64,000 bases of DNA, taken from a virus. Taxonomy: Duplodnaviria; Caudoviricetes. The stretch is from positions 511-64,510 of the IMG/VR virus record IMGVR_UViG_3300042378_000447; one strand, given 5' to 3'. This document shows, one piece after another, positions 17,863 through 26,697 of the stretch. Under the pieces are notes generated by a model. The model saw only the letters and a program-made list of their open reading frames with translations, was not told the origin of the DNA and did no database searches. How positions within the stretch are numbered: position 1 is the first letter of the stretch; every line of letters begins with the position of its first letter. The position numbers and the translations under genes were made by a program.

Positions 17863-18988
17863 CTAGTAACTTCCTTAATTCTTTGGATGTTTTTGCTTCA
17901 CTTAAAAACTGCTGATACTGATTGATATATTCCCGATATTTTTGATGGGAATTAATAAATCTGTCCCCCATGACTCCATCCTTCAAAGAACACAATAAAC
18001 CCCGTTCATGGTCAGATTGAAACCAGAAATCAAGATGAACCCTGCCATTACCGCGATTACCTTTGCCACCAATATAAGGTGATTCTGAGAACTTGAGCAA
18101 AGTATCAAATATCCATCCCTCCTCTACTTGAGTACAATTCAAATCCCATCGGGAATAAAGTTTAGCACCGGGCATAATTAATCTATCAGCAGCAATCATC
18201 TGGTCTGATTTAGTTTTCTCTTTAGTTTTACCATCACCTGTTAATTGTGCTTGTACTTCTGATGGTAGAAATTTGAGTAAGTTGGGATCTAAAGTGCTAT
18301 CCCTGCGAGTTGTCTGATCAATTGTTAAGTATTCAGTCCATGTTTTCATTGCTTTTTTGACCAATGGTAAACATTCTGATTTTACTTGATTCCAATTAGT
18401 CAAGTCTTGTGGTTTTGTGGCAACAAAAGGGTCAGAAGAAAGTCTGTTTTTGGCTTCAATTAATGTTAAAATAGTCGGTTGTATTTCCGGTGGTAAAATT
18501 GCTGGGACTTGATTGTAAACGTATTCTGCTGACTCATAGCAGACTAAATAACCACTGCCAACATTAATTCTACCAGCTACCATCTGAGCTTCTTTAGTTC
18601 CAAAAACACCTATGGGTTTAGCTGTTCCTAATACTGACAACCAAGGCATAAAGACCCGGATCTTTTTATCCAGTTCCATATCTGAAGCCGTCCCCCCATC
18701 AATTCGCCCGCCAGCAAACATTGTATGGTGAGTATCTGGATTTACTTTAATTCCTAATTCTGTGAGTGCTGCTGCCACTCCTACCCGGCGCAAAATACCG
18801 TTTCTGATTGCATTACCAGAATAGACAAAAACACTTCTAGGATTACCTTCAAAATCTAATAACTTAGTAGTTTTCAAGTTGCTAACATTGCCAGATACTT
18901 CGCCTATATGGCTTAATGGTGTCTGTAGCGTGATTAAGCAATGCAGAGTTAATTTCTCTCTGTCAAAAATATTATAATTGTCAAACAT
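17855..18988 (-). CDS. csf2: type IV Cas7-like backbone Csf2
   Basis: TPLSHIG..SGNAIRNGILRR..FAGG..G-rich loop IGGKGNRGNG. Confidence 0.85.
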   Translation of the reverse strand: MFDNYNIFDREKLTLHCLITLQTPLSHIGEVSGNVSNLKTTKLLDFEGNPRSVFVYSGNAIRNGILRRVGVAAALTELGIKVNPDTHHTMFAGGRIDGGTASDMELDKKIRVFMPWLSVLGTAKPIGVFGTKEAQMVAGRINVGSGYLVCYESAEYVYNQVPAILPPEIQPTILTLIEAKNRLSSDPFVATKPQDLTNWNQVKSECLPLVKKAMKTWTEYLTIDQTTRRDSTLDPNLLKFLPSEVQAQLTGDGKTKEKTKSDQMIAADRLIMPGAKLYSRWDLNCTQVEEGWIFDTLLKFSESPYIGGKGNRGNGRVHLDFWFQSDHERGLLCSLKDGVMGDRFINSHQKYREYINQYQQFLSEAKTSKELRKLLGE

Positions 18989-19499
18989 TTGTCACCTCTA
19001 CCTCAATAAAATCTTCTGGTTCATCAAGCCCCAAACTTCTATCTTCTTCAAATCGCAGACGACAAATTACTTGAATAACTCCTGTTTTTGTTCTGAGCAA
19101 TTCCATTACGTCCCACTCACTAAATCCGTGGGGTTCAATATCAGCAAGCAAGTCAAGCCACCCCATAAAAACCAAACTTCGATCTATTGGTAGTTCCTTA
19201 ATTTCAGTTGCATCTTCATTAATTCTCAGTATTCTCTGAGTTGGTTGAATGATTTTGGTTAGCTCTACAGGTCTTAATTGCGATATCAATTTATCGCAAA
19301 GCCTTTGTAAATAATCTTCTAAATTTGTGGATATTTCCGCGCAATTCTTGATAGAAGATTCCAAGTATGTCCAGGTTTTAGTTCCCATCGCTGGACTACG
19401 TTTTCTATCACGACATTTGAAAACCCAATAACTTAAACAAGCCGCTACGCCATAACATTTGTCTCGTGTCTGCGGCATCCCATAATGATTTATTGTCAC
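18981..19499 (-). CDS. putative Cas11-like small subunit of type IV-B
   Basis: helical 172-aa first gene of the operon, overlapping csf2. Confidence 0.5.
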   Translation of the reverse strand: MTINHYGMPQTRDKCYGVAACLSYWVFKCRDRKRSPAMGTKTWTYLESSIKNCAEISTNLEDYLQRLCDKLISQLRPVELTKIIQPTQRILRINEDATEIKELPIDRSLVFMGWLDLLADIEPHGFSEWDVMELLRTKTGVIQVICRLRFEEDRSLGLDEPEDFIEVEVTNV

Positions 19500-19546
19500 C
19501 TTACTTTCCCAAACTAAATTAATTTAATAGTAACTTAGTATAACAG

Positions 19547-19562
19547 ATTAATAGCTATTAAT
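19547..19562. promoter_or_regulatory. perfect 16-bp palindrome ATTAATAGCTATTAAT, candidate operator of the type IV operon
   Basis: sits between TTGACA and an extended -10 TGTTATACT on the minus strand. Confidence 0.4.
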
Positions 19563-19809
19563 AATGTCAAGCTTAAAGTATACGGAACTTTATATTTTTC
19601 GGATGTAATAATTTTGCTAATTAATCAATAAACGATCTGTATGAAATGTGGGATTAACCCTTGAGATACACTAAAAAAGATTTAAACTAAATTTTTTTGT
19701 ATCCACTAAAGCGTATTAGTGGGTATTTTTTATTTATGCAATAAGTACGCTTTAAAATTGCTTTATAAATTCTGAACCAAAGTCTATTAGCTTCTTGTGC
19801 AATAGTGTT

Positions 19810-20117
19810 TAAGCGCGGCGGGCGGGCATAACCTGGTCCAATGAGTGATTTATCTGTTCTCTAAAAATATTTGTCTTTAAGCCAGGAATAACAGATATCT
19901 GTTGTGTTAGTTCTTTTCTTAAATCCTCTTATGAGGGGCATTCCGCTTAGATACTTCCTCTTTAGATAATTCTTTAATTAAATACTTTATTGAATAAGTA
20001 TTTATTATATAGCAGGTTTTCCGTAGCTGGTTTTTCCGTAGCTGGTTTTTCCGCAGCTGGTTTTTCCGTAGCTGGTTTTTCCGTAGCTGGTTTTTCCGCA
20101 GCTGGAAAACCTGATTG
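19810..20117 (-). pseudogene. inverted copy of the iteron segment of the rep gene (6x 15-bp CCAGCT(A/G)CGGAAAA(A/C))
   Basis: reverse complement aligns with ~48614-48935, including flanks AATCAGGTTTT and ATAATAAATACTTATTC. Confidence 0.85.
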
Positions 20118-20225
20118 TGGATAAAAATAGCCATTAAAGACATTGGATTAATAAAAACGATGATTCACATCATGCAACTATAATCAATCCTTTTAATGGC
20201 AAAAATAATATCAATTCCCGAAACT

Positions 20226-20522
20226 TTAAAACCAATCCCTTTCGCCGGGACAGCGTTTAACTTTTTTGCAAGGTAGAAAATGCCCTGAAATATGCCCAAC
20301 CCATTTGCCATACTCATCTACTAAAGTCCGGCTAAAATCAGCGTTAAGCAGTTGGCACGGTCGAATACTTATTCCACATCCAGGGCAACGACTACCACCC
20401 CAGGAAGCCGAAGAAAGGTTGTAGCTTCTATGGATTTGTTTAAGCGCGATCGCGTCTAATTCCCTTAGTTGCTGTTTTAGTTGATGTCGGTTACGTCGCT
20501 TACTTCTTTTCATATTGTACAA
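20226..20522 (-). CDS. hypothetical basic Cys-rich protein
   Basis: ORF with CPGC. Confidence 0.4.
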   Translation of the reverse strand: MYNMKRSKRRNRHQLKQQLRELDAIALKQIHRSYNLSSASWGGSRCPGCGISIRPCQLLNADFSRTLVDEYGKWVGHISGHFLPCKKVKRCPGERDWF

Positions 20523-20752
20523 TTTACAACTTCAAAAATTCAGTACAAAATATATTAAAATACGGACAATTTCTTATTGACAAGGATAAAATAATGATAT
20601 AAATATAGAGACAAGGGAGACAGCCCAAGCCTCTATTAACCAAGTGATTAGGAGTATTGTACCATGGGTGTTGCACTTATCGTTAAAAAGTTAAAGTCAG
20701 CGATCGCCCTTTATCTACTCAACAAAGAGATGGAAATTGAAATTTATTTGCA

Positions 20753-21004
20753 ATGACCAGGAAACAGGAGAGCATCACGCTCTCTATCTCAATGGAAGAC
20801 AAAGCCAAGCTAGAGAATAAAGCTTTAGAGTTTGGCTGTACGTGGGGTGAATACCCCAACATCTCAAAGTTCATGAAACTAATAGCTAATGATGAGTTGT
20901 TAGTTTCTAAACCAAATAAACCCGCAACCCAAAAGCGGGCATTAATCAAAGATGCAGTCAACAGCATCCAATCGGCACTAACAATTTTACTGGAGTTAAT
21001 TTAA
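20753..21004 (+). CDS. ribbon-helix-helix-like regulator
   Basis: ESITLSISMEDKAKLENKA..NISKFM. Confidence 0.5.
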   Translation: MTRKQESITLSISMEDKAKLENKALEFGCTWGEYPNISKFMKLIANDELLVSKPNKPATQKRALIKDAVNSIQSALTILLELI

Positions 21005-21417
21005 TGCAAGTATACCTACTCACCTCTGGTGAATATGAAGATTATCAGGTTCACGGCGCTTTCGCATCCATGGAAGATGCAGAAAGAGCAAAACTTCTAT
21101 GGGGCTTAAATGAAGATGAGTCCGCGTATATTGAAGAGAGAGAGGTTTTGAAAATTCCAGAACTACTCAAGCATGATAAAAATCCGTATTTGGTAAAGTT
21201 TGACGCTAAAGAACAATACCCAGTGTACGTCTCTAAGGGATGGGTCGGGATAAGTTCAATTGAAGAGGGCTACTCTTTCCTGGGAGACGTATATCGTTTT
21301 TACGTCTACGCTGTATACGAAGAGGATGCTAAAAAGAAAGCAATTTCTTATTTCCGCACCTTACCAAAACTGCTACGGAAAGAGCAGCAGGAAGAGCAGT
21401 GGTATCCATTGAAGTAG
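21004..21417 (+). CDS. hypothetical phage protein
   Basis: VYLLTSGEYEDYQVHGAF N-terminus typical of phage proteins. Confidence 0.6.
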   Translation: MQVYLLTSGEYEDYQVHGAFASMEDAERAKLLWGLNEDESAYIEEREVLKIPELLKHDKNPYLVKFDAKEQYPVYVSKGWVGISSIEEGYSFLGDVYRFYVYAVYEEDAKKKAISYFRTLPKLLRKEQQEEQWYPLK

Positions 21418-21459
21418 CTTGAATCTTTTGTACCCACTAAAACGCTTTAGTGGGTATTT

Positions 21460-22317
21460 TTAAAACAATGACAACTGTTGATGACCGGGTTTAATCTTCT
21501 CCTCAATCTCTACCTGTTCCTCTACAGTTAAGCCTCTCTCAGTAATGGGAGTGTTTAGGCGTTTATGAATAATGTCAACATATTCCCGTTCCTTCTCAAT
21601 GCAGATATAGTTTCTGTTGAGTTCTTTACAGGCGATCGCTGTTGTACCACTACCGGCAAATGGGTCAAGGACTAAATCGCCGGGGTTGGATATCCACCGA
21701 ACCAATGTAGATATCAGTGCTACAGGCTTTTGTGTGGGGTGAATGGTTCGTTCATGATGTTTCATGCAGCCTTTGAACGGAGATTCAATAACATCTGTTT
21801 GCTGTCTTGTCCCATGATTCTCTGAAACATAATCATCTTTGGTCCATGCAGAAGCATTTGCTCTATCTATTTGATTTTTGCCGTCTCTAATATAGCCAGT
21901 ATTTTTTTGTTTTTTTTCATAAGGCTCTCCTGGCAATAATATTTTGTTATAAACAAGGTTTGATACTTTATGTTTTGGGTGAGCAAATATACAGTAAGGT
22001 TCGCTTTTGCTCATAGGTTTCTTGGCTGTATGAGTTCTCATCACTCCTCTCGGTTTTAACCACATTCCTGACCATCTAATAGGATAAATACCGCTAAACT
22101 TAGCAAGTAATTCAATACTCCCAAATACAGCTAATTGTCCATCACTTTTAAGTTTTGGTAATAATAATTTTAAGAATAAGTCAACATCAAAGCCTGTTTT
22201 ATCAAAGTTTAAATCAGTTGTCATGTAAGGCGGATCTGTGATTACAGCGTCAATAGAACCATCAGGAATATCTTTCAAAACCTCAAAACAATCACCATGA
22301 ATTACTTGATTAATCAT
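21460..22317 (-). CDS. N6-adenine/N4-cytosine DNA methyltransferase (beta class)
   Basis: DPPY, HPTQKP, LDPFAGSGT. Confidence 0.9.
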   Translation of the reverse strand: MINQVIHGDCFEVLKDIPDGSIDAVITDPPYMTTDLNFDKTGFDVDLFLKLLLPKLKSDGQLAVFGSIELLAKFSGIYPIRWSGMWLKPRGVMRTHTAKKPMSKSEPYCIFAHPKHKVSNLVYNKILLPGEPYEKKQKNTGYIRDGKNQIDRANASAWTKDDYVSENHGTRQQTDVIESPFKGCMKHHERTIHPTQKPVALISTLVRWISNPGDLVLDPFAGSGTTAIACKELNRNYICIEKEREYVDIIHKRLNTPITERGLTVEEQVEIEEKIKPGHQQLSLF

Positions 22318-22396
22318 GCCCTGGCTATCAATAAAAGTACATGATTATTATATCAATAAGTGTAGTTATATTTGCGATTAAGTGTTATAATTAAAA

Positions 22397-22449
22397 TACC
22401 AGCACCGTTAAGAATGTAGTCAGCATTCCCAACGGCGATATCACTGGTA
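22397..22449 (+). promoter_or_regulatory. conserved structured 5' leader (copies 24687-24739 +, 3731-3782 -)
   Basis: ACCAG-CACCGT..AACGG..CTGGT nested stems right after TATAAT, upstream of antirepressor-type genes. Confidence 0.65.
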
Positions 22450-22475
22450 ACTAACCTAGACAAAGTAGGCTAATC

Positions 22476-23219
22476 ATGTCTAATATATCAGCTTTCGTCC
22501 ACAATGGGATTTCTGTAGAAATTGATCAGGATTTTGTTAATCTTACCAAGTTATGGGAAATGGCAGGAAGACCCGAAAGCCAAACCCCTGCTAAGTGGCG
22601 ATTACTTCCCAGTACGGATATGCTAATCAATCAAATCCTTGACAGCAAAAGACTAAAAGATAATATCAGATTATCAGATGTTTTTAAAGTTACAAGAGGA
22701 CGCAACGGTAAAACTTTAGCACACTGGAAATTGGCCATTGATTATGCCGGGTATTTGTCCCCTTCCCTCAAATCTCAGTTTTATGATTGGGTTAAAGAGC
22801 GCATAGAAGAGGAGGCAAACCCAGAGTTAGCATATAAGCGCGGTAGGGAACGTGCTAAAAAGGGATGGCAAAAACAAGGACATACTGAAGAGTGGATTCA
22901 GCAGCGCATAGAAGGATTAGAAACCAGGGTGCAATTTACTGATACACTGAAAGAACATGGTGTGTCCGCACCTCACGAATATGCAATTTGCACCAACGAG
23001 ATTTATAGGCCCTTGCTTGGGGGAACAGCCAAAGAGGTCAAGCAAAGTCGTGGGATTACCAAGCTTAGAGACGGTCTTTCCAGGGTTGAATTAATGGCTG
23101 TGGGATTGGCAGAAGCGATCGCATCTGAAAAGATGGATAGTCAAAATGCAGATGGGTTTAGTCAATGTAAAAATATATGCACTGATTCCGGCGAAAGGGT
23201 TAACAGAGTGTTTGAATAA
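22476..23219 (+). CDS. KilA-N domain protein
   Basis: FVNLTKLWEMAG..W..GRNGKTLAHWKLAIDYAGYLSP. Confidence 0.85.
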   Translation: MSNISAFVHNGISVEIDQDFVNLTKLWEMAGRPESQTPAKWRLLPSTDMLINQILDSKRLKDNIRLSDVFKVTRGRNGKTLAHWKLAIDYAGYLSPSLKSQFYDWVKERIEEEANPELAYKRGRERAKKGWQKQGHTEEWIQQRIEGLETRVQFTDTLKEHGVSAPHEYAICTNEIYRPLLGGTAKEVKQSRGITKLRDGLSRVELMAVGLAEAIASEKMDSQNADGFSQCKNICTDSGERVNRVFE

Positions 23220-23272
23220 TCCGTAAATTCCCATACCCACTAATACGCTTTAGTGGGTAAATACAATGCAAA

Positions 23273-23602
23273 TTAATAAACACTTACCAGCAATAAATTA
23301 CGCCTAAACAAATTACCAAGAACTTGATGGTCTTGCAACAGATCAAATTGTTCCTCAAGAGAAAGTTTTAACGCTGATATTTTATCTCTGATAATTCCCT
23401 CAATAGCCCCCCACACAGCGTCATTCATCATAAAGCTAGTGGAAGTAGGTGAAAGATAATCAGCCGTACACAAAAGAGATTCCAGAGTTTCTTCATAAGC
23501 ACTAATGCAAGACAAAGGCGATTTTAATTCAACCTCTTCAGGAGTAACTTTGCTATTATTAAAAAAATACAAAGATTGTGTCATAATTATACCCAAAATC
23601 AT
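23273..23602 (-). CDS. hypothetical protein
   Basis: ORF only. Confidence 0.45.
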   Translation of the reverse strand: MILGIIMTQSLYFFNNSKVTPEEVELKSPLSCISAYEETLESLLCTADYLSPTSTSFMMNDAVWGAIEGIIRDKISALKLSLEEQFDLLQDHQVLGNLFRRNLLLVSVY

Positions 23603-23854
23603 TAATTTAATATTAACTTACTTTTGAAAACCGGATTAAAACTAACAGCTAACGCTCATAAAATAGCTACCATAAAACCTTAAATATTTATAATTATTTG
23701 TGATAGAATAATTGTTATGTTTCCCTTATACCTGTAGGATTTCAAGATGATTCTATGGGTATTTTCTTGCTTATAATCTTTATTCAATTATAAGTAAAAG
23801 AACAATATGAAAAGCAGGAAACTACATTAATTCTATAGAAAGTAGAGAAAAACT

Positions 23855-23998
23855 ATGTCTGCATACGAAGAAGGATATGATGCTGGATTCAACAATCAAC
23901 CTTACGATAATCCCTACCCAGAAGGAACAAGAGACAACGAGCAATACTTTTATGGCTACTGCATTGGGGAAGACATGAATGAAGCTGCTTATGGCTGA
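23855..23998 (+). CDS. 47-aa Rmf-like small protein (not in ORF track)
   Basis: MSAYEEGYDAG..DNPY..YFYGY matches the AY..GY.AG..PY..G pattern of ribosome modulation factor-like proteins. Confidence 0.45.
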   Translation: MSAYEEGYDAGFNNQPYDNPYPEGTRDNEQYFYGYCIGEDMNEAAYG

Positions 23999-24002
23999 TC
24001 AG

Positions 24003-24611
24003 CTACTGTAAAACACGGGCTACCGCAGAACACGGACTAACATAATCTCCGTGTTTATTGTGTCTCAATAAAATATAAAATAACTTAGGAAGTTGAGTAA
24101 TAGCAATTTCCAGTAACAAAAATGAACAGTCATTGATTATATATATCCCATAGCTGACAGTATGGCGATCGCGCAACCACACCTGACATATTAGACCCTC
24201 TTTAGCGTTTTTATAATATTTATGAGTTATTTTTGCCTGTATCATGCGGTTAAATTCTTCACTGATATAAGCAAAAGATAATTTAGTGTCTTTTCGCATA
24301 GGAATAGATTTAGACGCTTCTATCCATAATGTGTAAGAGTCTGCTTGAATAAGATTATTGTTTATGTATGGTGAGTCTAGGAAATAAAGGGACACACGAT
24401 TAAAGCTCGTAGTTGCTAATATCTGCCGCATATATCCTTTAATTTCTGATTCTTGATTTGGGGATAACTTGGGTCTGTTCTTGTTTTTAAAAACTCTCTT
24501 ATCTAATCTTTGCAATGATGGAATTATTTTAAAATGCAGTAAGTAGACTAAATATGATATTAAGATTAAAGCGATTAATGTTACTTCCATAAAGCTTATT
24601 CCCTTTTGCAA
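24003..24611 (-). CDS. membrane-anchored GAF-like protein (holin-T-like architecture)
   Basis: N-terminal TM then LATTSFNRVSLYFL; paralog of 25852-26682. Confidence 0.45.
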   Translation of the reverse strand: MQKGISFMEVTLIALILISYLVYLLHFKIIPSLQRLDKRVFKNKNRPKLSPNQESEIKGYMRQILATTSFNRVSLYFLDSPYINNNLIQADSYTLWIEASKSIPMRKDTKLSFAYISEEFNRMIQAKITHKYYKNAKEGLICQVWLRDRHTVSYGIYIINDCSFLLLEIAITQLPKLFYILLRHNKHGDYVSPCSAVARVLQ

Positions 24612-24758
24612 AAATCATTAAGTACCACATAGTTATTATATCAATAAGTGTAGTCATATTTGCGATAATTTGTTATAATAATAAAATACCAGCACCGTTA
24701 AGAACGGTATCAACATTCCTAACGGTTATGTTACTGGTAATCAACTTAAAAATAAGAA

Positions 24759-25535
24759 GTGACTATGAACAGTTTAACACAAATTGACGTAATTGACAGA
24801 AATGGTGAACTGGTTGTTGATTCCCGACTCATTGCCAGGGAGCTAAGTATTGAGCATCACACATTTCTTAAAAACCTGGTTAAGTACCTTGATAAAATTG
24901 AATCAAGGTTTGGGGTTGTTCGATTTGAAGTAGATAAACCCATGGAAGGTAGTTCTGGCGGTAGACCTGAGAAATATGCACTCCTGACTGAACCGCAAGC
25001 CACCACACTAATGACTTTTTCCCGTAATACTGATCAGGTTGTGGAATGCAAGTTAAGTCTTGTAGCTGCTTTTGAAAAGGCTAAAGCCGTCATAAAAACC
25101 GTTATTCCCCAACAGTCAGAGCGTATCCGTGAGCTAGAACTTCAGTTAGCAGTTGCCAAGGAAATTAACAAAGGCAAAGAAATAGACTCGTCTATGCTCA
25201 CTATGCACGGCAAAGAAACAGTTTTAGCATTAAGAGGGATGTCAGATCAGATTGTCAAGTCTGAAGTTTTGGCTACTGAGATTGTGCAACTAAAAACGGG
25301 TAAAGTATCCAAAATCCTGACTGCTGATCAACTCAAAGCAGAAATTAAAAAGCGTACTGGACAAAAGATACCTTCGCTTAAATGGGTAGCTGATAAATTA
25401 CGGAACATGAACCGTGATGATTTATTAATACCCGTTACGAGGCACTCTACTAGTGAGTATGTTGCACCTGATTCATTGGATGAAGTCATTGATTTAATAT
25501 TTGGAGATACTAGACAAAGATTAATTGGTGAATAG
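24759..25535 (+). CDS. Rha-family phage regulatory protein
   Basis: LVVDSRLIARELSIEH..GGRP..LLTEPQATTLMTFSRNT..KLSLVAAF. Confidence 0.85.
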   Translation: MTMNSLTQIDVIDRNGELVVDSRLIARELSIEHHTFLKNLVKYLDKIESRFGVVRFEVDKPMEGSSGGRPEKYALLTEPQATTLMTFSRNTDQVVECKLSLVAAFEKAKAVIKTVIPQQSERIRELELQLAVAKEINKGKEIDSSMLTMHGKETVLALRGMSDQIVKSEVLATEIVQLKTGKVSKILTADQLKAEIKKRTGQKIPSLKWVADKLRNMNRDDLLIPVTRHSTSEYVAPDSLDEVIDLIFGDTRQRLIGE

Positions 25536-25851
25536 TTCCCATATCCACTAATACGCTTCAGTGGGTACTTTTAAAACAATGAAACCCAATCAAGTATGTG
25601 CTAAAATCCAAATAGGCACAGCCTAGGGGTCGTCGTAGAACTGCCGCAACATTACCGCTCACGTAGCGGTTTTGTTGTTTTTAATGATAATAAAAGCACC
25701 ACCAAAGGATAAATATTTCTTTAAAATCTTAAATAATTATGAAACATAATAATAACATTTTTTGTGGAATGTCCACACTTACAACGTTTTCAGGAATTTT
25801 GTAAGGACTTTTACTTACCTATAATTAAGTAAAAATTATAGGTAAATTACC

Positions 25852-26682
25852 ATGAAAAAGAAAAAAATATTGTACGGGTTAATGTTTTTATTAATTGGAA
25901 TTGAAAGCTTCATTCATGTCACCATTACATCACGTCAAGTGAAAGCCTTTGATAACACAGAAGGATTATCTAAACAGATACAAGTCTATCAAGCTAATTC
26001 ACAAAAACCGATAAAAGTACAGGAGAATTATCAAAAATCTGATTATGAAGATTTTCATGAAGCTGTTGTATCACTGAATATTATCAAAGCCTTAATTGTT
26101 GTATCTGGATGCTTATTTACGGCTGTGGTGTCCTTAACAGGTGAGACTTTGGTTAAGACAATTATTTATCAGTTTAAAGATGTTTTATTGGAAATAATGA
26201 GTAATCAAAAATATTTTGATAATATTTCCTCTGAAGAGGTACTACGAATTACTCAAGAAATGAGACGCACGAGAAAGGAACTAAATGCAACTAGGCTATC
26301 TATGTTTAAGGAGTATGAAGGAGATCATACAGTGTTCTTGGAAGTATCCTCAGATGGTAAATATTCCTTAGCCCGTGAATCACCAATCAATAAACATTTT
26401 TTTGACTACGCTGTTTTACCAATGATTAATGATAACCAAAAATATTTTTATTGTACCAACAATGAAACTTGTGAGACTTGGTTAGCAGAAAGGGGAACTG
26501 GTCGTTTCGCTATTTATTTATTCTTTTATAAGAATACTTTTGCTGGGTTCTTATTGGCTGAATGGAATAAATTAATGTTGTTTAATTCAATATTCAAATA
26601 TCAACAAAACGCTGATTACTATGAGTCCAAATTGGAAGATTTAGCTGCTATAATCAATGAAGCTATTAAGGACAAAAAGTAA
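25852..26682 (+). CDS. membrane-anchored GAF-like protein, paralog of 24003-24611
   Basis: two hydrophobic segments; ELNATRLSMF..FLEVS..CETWLAERG..FAGFLLAEW. Confidence 0.45.
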   Translation: MKKKKILYGLMFLLIGIESFIHVTITSRQVKAFDNTEGLSKQIQVYQANSQKPIKVQENYQKSDYEDFHEAVVSLNIIKALIVVSGCLFTAVVSLTGETLVKTIIYQFKDVLLEIMSNQKYFDNISSEEVLRITQEMRRTRKELNATRLSMFKEYEGDHTVFLEVSSDGKYSLARESPINKHFFDYAVLPMINDNQKYFYCTNNETCETWLAERGTGRFAIYLFFYKNTFAGFLLAEWNKLMLFNSIFKYQQNADYYESKLEDLAAIINEAIKDKK

Positions 26683-26697
26683 GTCAGGTGTAGACAG

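Noticed and set aside
19919-20143. 74-aa NQLRK-repeat ORF
   Set aside because: Out-of-frame reading of the duplicated iteron segment; likewise the GKSSY ORF at 48531.
25620-25680. GC-richer hairpin region as tRNA or ncRNA
   Set aside because: No cloverleaf or T-loop consensus; only a terminator-like ACCGCT/AGCGGT stem. No tRNA or rRNA was recognised anywhere in the window.
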